DNA of 32,000 nt, from assembly GCF_001457595.1 (NCBI RefSeq), contig NZ_LN831039.1:6120001-6152000 (forward strand). The letters run 5' to 3'. Under the pieces are notes generated by a model. That model was not told where the DNA came from and made no database searches. It worked only from the letters and a program-made list of their open reading frames with translations. The DNA comes from Mycolicibacterium smegmatis. Lineage in GTDB: Bacteria > Actinomycetota > Actinomycetes > Mycobacteriales > Mycobacteriaceae. Below are positions 9,106-17,386 of the stretch, one piece after another (position 1 is the stretch's first letter; each line of letters begins with the position of its first letter). A program made the translations under genes and the position numbers.

Positions 9106-9891
9106 GTGCCGTCGACAGTCGATCTCAACGCAGACCTGGGTGAGAGCTTCGGCGTGTGGCAGCTCGGTGACGACGAGGCGATGCTCGGTCTCGTCACGAG
9201 TGCCAACGTGGCGTGCGGATTCCACGCGGGTGATCCTGCGTTGCTGCTGCGGACCTGCCGCACCGCGGCGCAGCGCGGTGTGGCGATCGGCGCACAGGTG
9301 AGTTACCGGGATCTGGCAGGGTTCGGCCGGCGCTTCATCGAGGTGGATCCAACGGACCTGGAAGCCGAGATCATCTATCAGATCGGTGCGCTGCAGGCCA
9401 TCGCACACGTCGCCGGGTCAGGTGTCGGATACGTCAAACCCCATGGCGCGCTGTACAACACGATCGTCGGCCACGAAGAACAGGCCGCCGCGGTGGCCGC
9501 CGCGGTGCACGCCGTCGACCCGGCCCTGCCGGTGCTGGGCCTGCCCGGATCGGCGTTTTTCGCCGAAGCACGACGCCTCGGGTTGCGCACGGTGTCCGAA
9601 GCGTTCGCCGACCGGGCGTACCGGTCCGACGGAACACTGGTGTCCCGGCGCGAACCGGGTGCGGTGCTGCACGATCCACACGAGATCGCCGAGCGTGTGG
9701 CGGCCATGGTGACCGACGGACGCGTCACGGCGGTCGACGGGACGGTCATCGACATCACCGTGGAATCTGTGTGCGTACACGGCGATTCACCCGGCGCGGT
9801 GCGGATCGCCAAGGCCGTGCGCGAGCGCCTTGAGGCCGAGCCGGTCGAGCTGGCCTCGTTCACCGGGGCGCGGTCCGAAACCGGCCGGTGA
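9106..9891 (+). CDS. pxpA: 5-oxoprolinase subunit PxpA (LamB/YcsF family)
   Basis: [36 protein letters not shown]: hallmark motifs of the family. Confidence 0.93.
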   Translation: MPSTVDLNADLGESFGVWQLGDDEAMLGLVTSANVACGFHAGDPALLLRTCRTAAQRGVAIGAQVSYRDLAGFGRRFIEVDPTDLEAEIIYQIGALQAIAHVAGSGVGYVKPHGALYNTIVGHEEQAAAVAAAVHAVDPALPVLGLPGSAFFAEARRLGLRTVSEAFADRAYRSDGTLVSRREPGAVLHDPHEIAERVAAMVTDGRVTAVDGTVIDITVESVCVHGDSPGAVRIAKAVRERLEAEPVELASFTGARSETGR

Positions 9892-9905
9892 CGTACCGGA
9901 GGAGT

Positions 9906-10292
9906 TCAGTTACGTCGAGCCGCCCTGGTCAGGTTGACATCGGCGCGCAGCCGCGGCGACAGCGTCTGGCTGTGCCATGACCCGTCGGTGATCCAATCGC
10001 ACGCGGCCCGAAGGTCACTTTCGGTCGCGACGGGGCCGATCCACTTCGCCGGACCAATTGGCCTTCGGTCCGCGGTGCACGGTTGCAGCATCAGGATCAC
10101 CCCGTGTTCGCGGCGGCGCGTCGCACACGTCAGCCCGCCGAGCAGGCAGCGGGTGACCACCAAGACGCCATGAGGGCAATCGCCGATCACCCCCGCCAAG
10201 GTCGGGACCAACGAGGAGACCGCAGAGGTGGTGCAGCCCGTGCAGACCGCCACGGTGAAAGGCCGGGCGGTCGGACACCCATCCGGTTTCAC
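9906..10292 (-). CDS. Cys-rich conserved-type small protein, possibly ferredoxin/thioredoxin-like metal binding
   Basis: 128 aa with CTGC and spaced CPHG...TRC...TC. Two Zur-like boxes lie upstream. Confidence 0.6.
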   Translation of the reverse strand: MKPDGCPTARPFTVAVCTGCTTSAVSSLVPTLAGVIGDCPHGVLVVTRCLLGGLTCATRRREHGVILMLQPCTADRRPIGPAKWIGPVATESDLRAACDWITDGSWHSQTLSPRLRADVNLTRAARRN

Positions 10293-10375
10293 AAACCCTC
10301 CTGATCGGTGCGACGGAACGCGCTGTCGTCGCAGCCGGTCGAGACGAGCACCACCGGCGTACGCATCGCACCCCT

Positions 10376-10396
10376 AATCGGTAACGGTTTTCAACA
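10376..10396. promoter_or_regulatory. Weak Zur-like box
   Basis: AATCGGTAACGGTTTTCAACA, 14 of 21 identical to the 7749 box. Confidence 0.35.
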
Positions 10397-10429
10397 GGCG
10401 GGTCTCACGCTACAGTGCTGCGGAGCCCT

Positions 10430-10450
10430 TGTCGAAAACGATTTTCAATA
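10430..10450. promoter_or_regulatory. Zur-like operator between the Cys-rich orphan and the MspA-family porin
   Basis: Reverse strand TATTGAAAATCGTTTTCGACA, 19 of 21 identical to the 2437-2457 box. Confidence 0.82.
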
Positions 10451-10556
10451 AGTCGGCCGACCGAGGTCCTGTGACACCACCGATCCCGCTGTCCCCCAAG
10501 AGGAACCACCGAAGTGTGCGTTCCGCCCATCCTCCCGAAAGGACATCAACCCAATC

Positions 10557-11180
10557 GTGCGCTACCTCGTCATGATGTTCGCTCTACTCGTGTCCGTGAC
10601 GCTTGTGAGCCCCCGCCCTGCCAACGCGGTGGACAATCAGCTCAGCGTGGTCGACGGCCAAGGTCGCACGCTGACCGTGCAGCAAGCCGAGACATTCCTC
10701 AACGGCGTGTTCCCTCTCGACCGGAACCGACTGACCCGTGAGTGGTTTCACTCCGGCCGCGCCACCTACCATGTGGCCGGCCCAGGTGCCGACGAATTCG
10801 AGGGCACGCTCGAACTCGGGTATCAGGTCGGCTTCCCGTGGTCATTGGGCGTCGGCATCAACTTCTCGTACACGACCCCGAACATCCTCATCGACGGAGG
10901 CGACATCACCCAGCCGCCGTTCGGCCTGGACACCATCATCACCCCCAACCTCTTCCCCGGCGTGTCCATCAGTGCCGACCTCGGCAACGGTCCCGGTATC
11001 CAGGAGGTCGCCACCTTCTCGGTGGACGTGAAGGGCGCGAAAGGAGCGGTCGCCGTATCCAATGCGCATGGCACCGTGACCGGCGCGGCCGGCGGCGTGC
11101 TCCTGCGTCCGTTCGCCCGGTTGATCGCCTCGACGGGCGACAGCGTCACCACCTACGGCGAGCCCTGGAACATGAACTAG
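10557..11180 (+). CDS. mspD: MspA-family outer-membrane porin, MspD type
   Basis: 207 aa. VDNQLSVVDGQGRTLTVQQAETFLNGVFPLDRNRLTREWFHSGRA..., ending in GDSVTTYGEPWNMN; nearly MspA throughout. The D-paralog assignment is from genomic context and memory. Confidence 0.9.
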   Translation: MRYLVMMFALLVSVTLVSPRPANAVDNQLSVVDGQGRTLTVQQAETFLNGVFPLDRNRLTREWFHSGRATYHVAGPGADEFEGTLELGYQVGFPWSLGVGINFSYTTPNILIDGGDITQPPFGLDTIITPNLFPGVSISADLGNGPGIQEVATFSVDVKGAKGAVAVSNAHGTVTGAAGGVLLRPFARLIASTGDSVTTYGEPWNMN

Positions 11181-11190
11181 GTCAAGCGAA

Positions 11191-11219
11191 TCGGCCGCCA
11201 CGGGAATGCCGGCGGCCGA
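11191..11219 (+). terminator. Hairpin downstream of the porin gene
   Basis: TCGGCCGCC - ACGGGAATGCC - GGCGGCCGA, perfect 9-bp stem about 10 nt after the stop codon. Confidence 0.6.
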
Positions 11220-11284
11220 CATGGTGAACGCGCCGGTGGGCGGTACGACGACGTGTTGCACACCGGCAGCGTTCGCCGAACGCC

Positions 11285-13423
11285 CTAGTCGATTTCGTAC
11301 CGGATCAGCCGGGCGCTGTTGGCCACCACCGCAACCGACGACGCATTGTGCAATACGGCGGCAAGAACCGGCGACAACGCGCCCCCGGCGCCGACGGCGA
11401 GACCGATGGCGTTGACCGCGATGGACATCGCATAGTTCTGCTGTATGACGTCAACCGCGCGGGCGCCGAGATCCCGTACGTCGAGCAGCCGTCGCAGATC
11501 GTCACTGGCGAGCGCGACGTCGGCGGTCTCGACGGCAACGTCGGTGCCGCCCAATCCCATAGCGATACCGATGTCGGCGGCAGCGAGCGCGGGCGCATCG
11601 TTGACGCCATCACCGATCACCGCCACGGTGTGCCCTTCGGCGTGCAGCCGGCGCACCACCGCGAGTTTGTCCTCCGGCAGCACCTCCGCACGCCACTCGG
11701 TGATACCCAGTTCATCGGCCACGGCGGCCGCGGCGTCCGGATGATCCCCGGTGAGCATCACCATGCGGCGCACGCCGGCCGTGCGCAGTGCGCGCAGGAC
11801 TTCGGCGGCCTCGGGCCTCACCTCGTCGCGGAGGCTGATCAGGCCGACGAGCTTTCCGTCAACCGCCAGCAGCAGCGGCGTTTCCGCGCGCTTGCGGAGC
11901 TTGTCGACCCATGCCGCGGCCCGACTGGTGACACGCACCTTCTCCTGACGCAAGAGCGACGGACTGCCGAGAAGCAACGTTCGCCCGTCCGCCCTGGTCC
12001 GCATGCCCAACCCCACGAGCACCTCGCACTCTTCGTGCGGGGGTATCACGATGTGGCGCTCCCGTGTGGAACGGATCACGGCCTCGGCCAGCGGATGACG
12101 AGCATGGATCTCCGAGCTGGCGGCGTATGCCAGCACCTGCTCGGGTTCCCAGTCCTTGTGGAACGCAACCACATTGGTGACGATCGGCCGTCCCAGGGTG
12201 AGGGTCCCGGTCTTGTCGAACACCATCGCGTCGACCCGGCCCGCCTGCTCCAGGTGCGAACCGCCCTTGATCAGGATGCCGCGCCGGGCGCCGTTGCCGA
12301 TCGCGGCGCTGATCACCGTCGGAGTGGCGAGTCCCACCGCACACGGGCATGCCACCAGAAGCATGGTCATCGCGCGCCGCACGTCTCGCGTCACCACGAG
12401 GGTCGCGGCCGAGAGCAGGAACGAGGCGGGGACAAAACGCCGTGAGAAGTTCTCGCCGACCGTCTGGATGGGCGCGCGATGCTGCTGCGCTTCCTCGACC
12501 CGGGTGATGATGCGACCTATGGTGGTGTGGCTCCCCACCGCTTCCGCGGTGACGACCAATCGTCCGCGGACGACCACCGAACCGGCGTACACCTTGCTAC
12601 CCGGCCCGACCGCGACGGGAAGGTTCTCCCCGGTGATCGCCGACTGATCGACGATCGCCTCACCGTCGCACACCACGCCGTCGACCACGATCGCAACCTG
12701 CTCGTGTATCACGACCTGGTCACCGACGCGCACCCCGTCCACGGCGACCTCGATCTCGGTTCGGTCCGCGAGCCGCAGCCAGACGGTGTCCTGCGTGCCC
12801 TGGAGCAGATTGGCGATCGCCCGGCGAGTGCGCCGCAACGTCAGGTCCTGGAGGTACTCGCCAATGTTGAGCAGCCACAGAACCGTAAGGGCCACCACGT
12901 TTTCGCGCAGCACCAGACTCGCGACCGTGGCCGCCGACACCAGCACATCCGTTCCAGCGGAACGGTTGCCGGTGAGAGTTCGTAACGCACCCCGCAGGAA
13001 CGGGTAGCCGGTGATTATCGTCGCTCCCGTTGCCAAGGTGCGGCTGGTCGACCCCAAGAGCGGCGGCCGGGCAAATCCGTAGCGACGAATCCCCAAGAGA
13101 ATCAACGCCACAGCGCCGATCGCCATACGAACGATGTCGGCGTTGTGCACGTCGGCGGATCGGGGGCTACGACCGGGCACCAGGTGCCGGGCCACCCCCG
13201 CTGCCGCTGTCATGGCCGACCGCACCGCGTCACGGTCGCAGCGCCTGGGCGAGTACCACACCACCACGGATCCTGTTCGCGGATAGGCGTGTACGGCGCG
13301 AACGCCCGGCACCTGGTCGACGGCCTGTTCGATGGCGACCGCGCGCACGGCGTCCCCGCGGAACCACGGCGCGTGTACGCGCATGCGGCCGGCCGCGTCG
13401 GATACGACCGTCAGATCAGCCAC
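11285..13423 (-). CDS. ctpC: P-type metal-exporting ATPase CtpC
   Basis: 712 aa. CPC motif (VACPCAVGLATP), DKTGTLTLG, TGDHPDAAAAVA, GDGVNDAPALAAADIG. Adjacent to the PacL1-like gene as in M. tuberculosis Rv3269-ctpC. Confidence 0.92.
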   Translation of the reverse strand: MADLTVVSDAAGRMRVHAPWFRGDAVRAVAIEQAVDQVPGVRAVHAYPRTGSVVVWYSPRRCDRDAVRSAMTAAAGVARHLVPGRSPRSADVHNADIVRMAIGAVALILLGIRRYGFARPPLLGSTSRTLATGATIITGYPFLRGALRTLTGNRSAGTDVLVSAATVASLVLRENVVALTVLWLLNIGEYLQDLTLRRTRRAIANLLQGTQDTVWLRLADRTEIEVAVDGVRVGDQVVIHEQVAIVVDGVVCDGEAIVDQSAITGENLPVAVGPGSKVYAGSVVVRGRLVVTAEAVGSHTTIGRIITRVEEAQQHRAPIQTVGENFSRRFVPASFLLSAATLVVTRDVRRAMTMLLVACPCAVGLATPTVISAAIGNGARRGILIKGGSHLEQAGRVDAMVFDKTGTLTLGRPIVTNVVAFHKDWEPEQVLAYAASSEIHARHPLAEAVIRSTRERHIVIPPHEECEVLVGLGMRTRADGRTLLLGSPSLLRQEKVRVTSRAAAWVDKLRKRAETPLLLAVDGKLVGLISLRDEVRPEAAEVLRALRTAGVRRMVMLTGDHPDAAAAVADELGITEWRAEVLPEDKLAVVRRLHAEGHTVAVIGDGVNDAPALAAADIGIAMGLGGTDVAVETADVALASDDLRRLLDVRDLGARAVDVIQQNYAMSIAVNAIGLAVGAGGALSPVLAAVLHNASSVAVVANSARLIRYEID

Positions 13424-13439
13424 GGTACTCAGTGGTCAC

Positions 13440-13724
13440 TCAGTGGTCGTGGTCGTGGCCGGCGTCGCCCGCGGCGGGCGGCGGCACTTCCTCACCTATG
13501 CGTTCGCGCGCCTCTGCCATCACATCGGCGACCTTCAGTCGCGCCGACTCGGCTCCCACCTCGGCTTTTCGCGCTCCCCGCAGAGCCAACGCGGTCGTCG
13601 CCACGGCCGCTTCACGAACCGGCGCCTTGGCGACCGCCTTACGCAGCCCCTCGTAGGCCGCGACGCCGACAGCCCCGGTGACCACTGTCGTTGCTGCCTT
13701 GACCAGAAGTCCATGCCACACCAT
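13440..13724 (-). CDS. PacL1-like (DUF1490) membrane scaffold/metal-binding protein
   Basis: 94 aa, N-terminal hydrophobic segment, C-terminal DAGHDHDH, 16 nt upstream of ctpC. Confidence 0.85.
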   Translation of the reverse strand: MVWHGLLVKAATTVVTGAVGVAAYEGLRKAVAKAPVREAAVATTALALRGARKAEVGAESARLKVADVMAEARERIGEEVPPPAAGDAGHDHDH

Positions 13725-13750
13725 CGGCCAAGCCTATCGCGAGTTAGTGG

Positions 13751-13773
13751 AAATGATAGTCATTGTTGACTAT
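13751..13773. promoter_or_regulatory. Inverted repeat / possible metal-regulator site in a divergent promoter region
   Basis: ATAGTCA-TTGT-TGACTAT is a perfect 7-bp inverted repeat at 13756-13773, overlapping AATGA-tag-TCATT. 12 of 21 match to the 19541 box. Confidence 0.45.
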
Positions 13774-13802
13774 TGCGGAGTTCACAACATCGGCCTGGCA
13801 TC

Positions 13803-14837
13803 ATGGCCGCCGTGGCCATGAACCTGGCGGTGGCTCGTTGGCGGCCGAACTCCATGCAGGTGCTCGTGTTCGGCATCGTCGGCCTGGCGCTCGCCGGAAC
13901 CACGCTCCGCGCGTTCGTGGCGGACACGCCGGACGTCGCCACCGCGGCCACGGTGTTCTGCGGGGTGTTCGTCCAGGCCCTGCCGTTTCTGGCGCTCGGC
14001 GTGGTGATCAGCGGGCTCATCGCGGTGTTGGTCACGCCCGACCGGCTCGCGCGCTGGTTGCCACGGCGCACGAGCGCCGCGATCGTGGTGGCCGGTGTCG
14101 GCGGGGCGGCGTTGCCCGGGTGCGAGTGCGGGTCGGTGCCGGTGGCACGCAGGCTCTTCGGGGACGGCGCCGGCGCGGGCACTGACAAGGGCACTGGCAA
14201 GGGGCATGTGGGTGCCGCCGCATTGACGTTCATGCTTGCGGCCCCCGCGATCAACCCCGTGGTGTTGGTCGCGACCGCGGTCGCATTTCCCGAGCACCCC
14301 CAGATGGTCGCGGCGCGCTGTGCGGCGTCACTGCTCACCGCGATCATCATGGGTGCGGCGTGGGCCCGGTTCGGCAATCCGGCGTGGATCACGCACCGCC
14401 TCACCCGGCCGGACCACAGCGCGGGGTCGCGCTGGGCCGCGTTCACCGAGGCAGCACGGCACGATTTCCTCTCGGCATGCTCGTATCTCGTCGTCGGCGC
14501 GGCCGCGGCCGCCGCACTGCACGTACTGGTCCCGCCCTGGGTGTACGAGCATGTCGCGGGCCAGATCGCGCTCGGAGTCATCACGATGGCGGTGCTGGCG
14601 GTCGTGCTGGCGCTGTGTTCGGAGGCCGACGCCTTCGTCGCGGCCAGCCTGACCATGCTGCCGCTGCTGCCGCGCCTGGTGTTCCTGGTCGTCGGGCCCG
14701 CGGTCGACATCAAGCTGTTCGCCATGCAAGCCGGGATGTTCGGCCGCGCGTTCGCGATCCGTTTCGCTCCTGCCACATTCGCGGTGGCCACACTGGTCGC
14801 CACGGTTGTCGGACTGCTCATCCTGGGGCCACGGTGA
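13803..14837 (+). CDS. UPF0718 (DUF318-type) permease
   Basis: Multi-TM protein with ALPGCECGSVPVARRL and MLAAPAINPVVL motifs. ATG 13803 preferred over TTG 13773. Confidence 0.82.
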   Translation: MAAVAMNLAVARWRPNSMQVLVFGIVGLALAGTTLRAFVADTPDVATAATVFCGVFVQALPFLALGVVISGLIAVLVTPDRLARWLPRRTSAAIVVAGVGGAALPGCECGSVPVARRLFGDGAGAGTDKGTGKGHVGAAALTFMLAAPAINPVVLVATAVAFPEHPQMVAARCAASLLTAIIMGAAWARFGNPAWITHRLTRPDHSAGSRWAAFTEAARHDFLSACSYLVVGAAAAAALHVLVPPWVYEHVAGQIALGVITMAVLAVVLALCSEADAFVAASLTMLPLLPRLVFLVVGPAVDIKLFAMQAGMFGRAFAIRFAPATFAVATLVATVVGLLILGPR

Positions 14838-15550
14838 GCCGCGAGAGCGAGAACGCGCTGCTGCTCTTGATCGGGGTGAGCACCGCGATCATCACGGTCA
14901 CCGGGTCCTACACCCGATACGTCAAACCGTCGCTGCTGCCCTACCTGGCCGCGACCGCGGGTCTGCTCATCGCACTGGCGCTGGTTGCGATCGTGCGCGA
15001 TATCCGCCGTGGCGGCCATCACGACGATGATTCCGACAACCAGGACCACTCGCATCGACGCGGCGTCGCGTGGTTGCTGCTCATCCCCATCGTCCTGCTG
15101 GCGTTCGTGGCGCCGCCTGCTATCCGTCCCGACGCCGCGTCGGTGACCGAGGTCGCCAACGACAGCGTGCGCAGGCCGTTCCCGCCGCTGCCGGAAGGTC
15201 ATGCCCCGGAGATCTCCCTGCCGGACGTACTGATCCGCATCGCACAGGACTCCGCCGCAACCCTCGACGGTCGAACGATCACCGTCACGGGTTTCACCAT
15301 GCGCGACGGTGACCACATCGACCTCGCCCGCATCGTCATCATCTGCTGTGCGGCCGACGCCCAGCTCGCCCGCATCCGGCTGGCCGGCCCCGCGGCCGCA
15401 CAGGCGGTGACCTACCCCGAGAACTCCTGGATCAAAGTCGAGGGCACAGTCGCTGCGGCGCAGGACGCTTCGACACGACGCACGATCCCCACCATGACAG
15501 CCGCGCGCCTGTCCCGCATCGACCCGCCGCCACACCCCTACGCGTACTGA
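14834..15550 (+). CDS. TIGR03943-family membrane protein, partner of the UPF0718 permease
   Basis: GTG 14834 overlaps the upstream stop (GTGA). Two N-terminal TMs, acidic/His-rich loop GGHHDDDSDNQDHSH, conserved IVIICCAADAQ and SWIKVEGTV segments. Confidence 0.8.
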   Translation: MSRESENALLLLIGVSTAIITVTGSYTRYVKPSLLPYLAATAGLLIALALVAIVRDIRRGGHHDDDSDNQDHSHRRGVAWLLLIPIVLLAFVAPPAIRPDAASVTEVANDSVRRPFPPLPEGHAPEISLPDVLIRIAQDSAATLDGRTITVTGFTMRDGDHIDLARIVIICCAADAQLARIRLAGPAAAQAVTYPENSWIKVEGTVAAAQDASTRRTIPTMTAARLSRIDPPPHPYAY

Positions 15551-15563
15551 GCGGCACCGATGC

Positions 15564-16355
15564 TCACCGCGGAGCCGCCTGTCCGGGTACCACCGTGATC
15601 TGAGGAACCCCCGCGGTATCGCCGATCGTGGCGTCAACCCCGTAGACCTCCGCGAGCAGCTCGACGGTCAGGACCTCACGCGGGGCACCGACGGCGACCA
15701 CCTGCCCGCGATCGAGCACGCAGATGCGGTCGCAATAGGCGGCGGCGAGATTGAGGTCGTGCAGCGCCGCGATGACCGTCGATCCGGTGGCACGCAGAAG
15801 GCGCAGCGTGTCGTGTTGATGACGCAGATCCAGATGATTCGTCGGCTCGTCCAACACGATGACATCGGTGTGTTGTGCCAGTGACCGCGCGATCAGCACA
15901 CGTTGCTTCTGCCCACCCGAGAGCCTGCCGAACGGCGCGTGAGCCAGATCGGCGATGTCGAGCGCCGCCAGTGCCGAGGCGATGATCTCGCGGTCGGTGG
16001 CGTTGTCGGATTCGAACGAGCGTTTGTACGGCGTGCGGCCCATGGCCACGATGTCGTACACGGTGAGCTCGAAATCCGTCGTCATCTCCTGAAGTACCGC
16101 CGCGACCCGCTGTGCGGCCCGCTTACGTGGCAGCTTCCACAGATCGGCACCGTCGATCAGCACATTGCCTGCCGTGGGGCGTTGCGCGCGGTAGATGGTG
16201 CGCAGAAGAGTCGTCTTCCCGGCCCCGTTCGGGCCGACGACCGCGACCATCTCACCCGGCGCGACACGCAGCGAGACACCGTCGACGACGGGTCGGTTGC
16301 GGCGCGTCGTCGACATCACCACCGAGATCCGGTGCAGCCGCACCTCCGCCGTCAT
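15564..16355 (-). CDS. BtuD/FecE-type ABC transporter ATPase
   Basis: 263 aa from MTAEVRLHRISVV... Walker A GPNGAGKT, LSGGQKQR, VLDEPTNHLD. ATG at 16355 overlaps the permease stop; the ORF-track 15564-17633 call greatly over-extends it. Confidence 0.9.
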   Translation of the reverse strand: MTAEVRLHRISVVMSTTRRNRPVVDGVSLRVAPGEMVAVVGPNGAGKTTLLRTIYRAQRPTAGNVLIDGADLWKLPRKRAAQRVAAVLQEMTTDFELTVYDIVAMGRTPYKRSFESDNATDREIIASALAALDIADLAHAPFGRLSGGQKQRVLIARSLAQHTDVIVLDEPTNHLDLRHQHDTLRLLRATGSTVIAALHDLNLAAAYCDRICVLDRGQVVAVGAPREVLTVELLAEVYGVDATIGDTAGVPQITVVPGQAAPR

Positions 16356-17386
16356 GCCGGTGCCCTCCGTCGCATCAACCACAGGAAGAACGGTCCGCCC
16401 ACGAGCGCGGTGAGCACACCCACAGGCAGTTCCTCGGGAGCGCCGACGGTTCTGGCCGCGATGTCGCACACCACCAGGAACGCCGCACCCAGCAACGCCA
16501 CCGCGGGCAGCGCGCGCCGGTGATCCGCGCCGACAAGGAATCTCACCGCGTGCGGCATGATCAGGCCGACGAAGCCGATCGACCCGCTGACCGCGACCAT
16601 CGCACCGACCATGAGGGCCACCACCACGAACATCGCCGCGCGGAAACGATGGACATCCAGTCCGAGCGAGGCCGCGGCCTCCTCCCCGGTGTAGAGCAGG
16701 TTCAGCGGCCTGGTCACCGCGAGCAGGACCACGACGCCGATCAACACCACCACGGCCGGAATCCACACCGCGCGCCAGGTCGCGCCGCCGAGACCGCCCA
16801 GCATCCACCGCAACGCGGCCTGTGCCTTGTGCGGGTCGTCGGAGGTGACGATCAGCAGGCTCGCCACCGCGGAGAGCACCTCGGCGACCGCGACGCCGGC
16901 CAGGATTAGCCGCACCGTGGTCATCCGTCCGCCGGAACGCGCAAGGAAGTACACCGCGACCAGTGCCGCGAGCGCACCGACGAACGCGGCAACCGGCAGC
17001 GTGACCAGTTGCCGCACACCGGCCCCCGCGACCAGTACGGCGACCGCCCCGACCGTCGCGCCCGAGGACACGCCGAGCAGCATCGGATCGGCGAGCGGAT
17101 TGCGCACGACGGCCTGCAGAACCATCCCGCACGCAGCCAATCCGGCGCCCACGACCGCCGCGAGCACCACCCGCGGCAGGCGTGCGTCCAGCACGATCGA
17201 GGTGCGTACCGCGGGCCAGGTCTGCTCGGCCAGTGCCGGATGGATGCCGTTCAACACGATCTGCCACACCTGCCGCGGCGCGATCGGCACCGATCCGATC
17301 GCCACACCCGCGGTCATCACGAGCAGCAGGAGCACCACCAACGCGCCCACCACCAGGGCGTAGGGCAGCCGCGACCGGACCGTCAC
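16352..17386 (-). CDS. BtuC/FecCD-type ABC transporter permease
   Basis: 344 aa. LPRVVLAAVVGAGLAACGMVLQAVVRNPLADPMLLGVSSGA, GFVGLIMPHAVRFLVGADHR. Confidence 0.93.
   Translation of the reverse strand: MTVRSRLPYALVVGALVVLLLLVMTAGVAIGSVPIAPRQVWQIVLNGIHPALAEQTWPAVRTSIVLDARLPRVVLAAVVGAGLAACGMVLQAVVRNPLADPMLLGVSSGATVGAVAVLVAGAGVRQLVTLPVAAFVGALAALVAVYFLARSGGRMTTVRLILAGVAVAEVLSAVASLLIVTSDDPHKAQAALRWMLGGLGGATWRAVWIPAVVVLIGVVVLLAVTRPLNLLYTGEEAAASLGLDVHRFRAAMFVVVALMVGAMVAVSGSIGFVGLIMPHAVRFLVGADHRRALPAVALLGAAFLVVCDIAARTVGAPEELPVGVLTALVGGPFFLWLMRRRAPA

Noticed and set aside
8381-9408. Minus-strand ORFs 8381-9070 and 8410-9408 opposite bluB/pxpA
   Set aside because: Sense-strand BluB and PxpA are strongly supported. 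The antisense translations have no recognisable features.
13760-15637. 625-aa minus-strand ORF
   Set aside because: Antisense shadow of the UPF0718/TIGR03943 pair; the sense proteins have clear family motifs.
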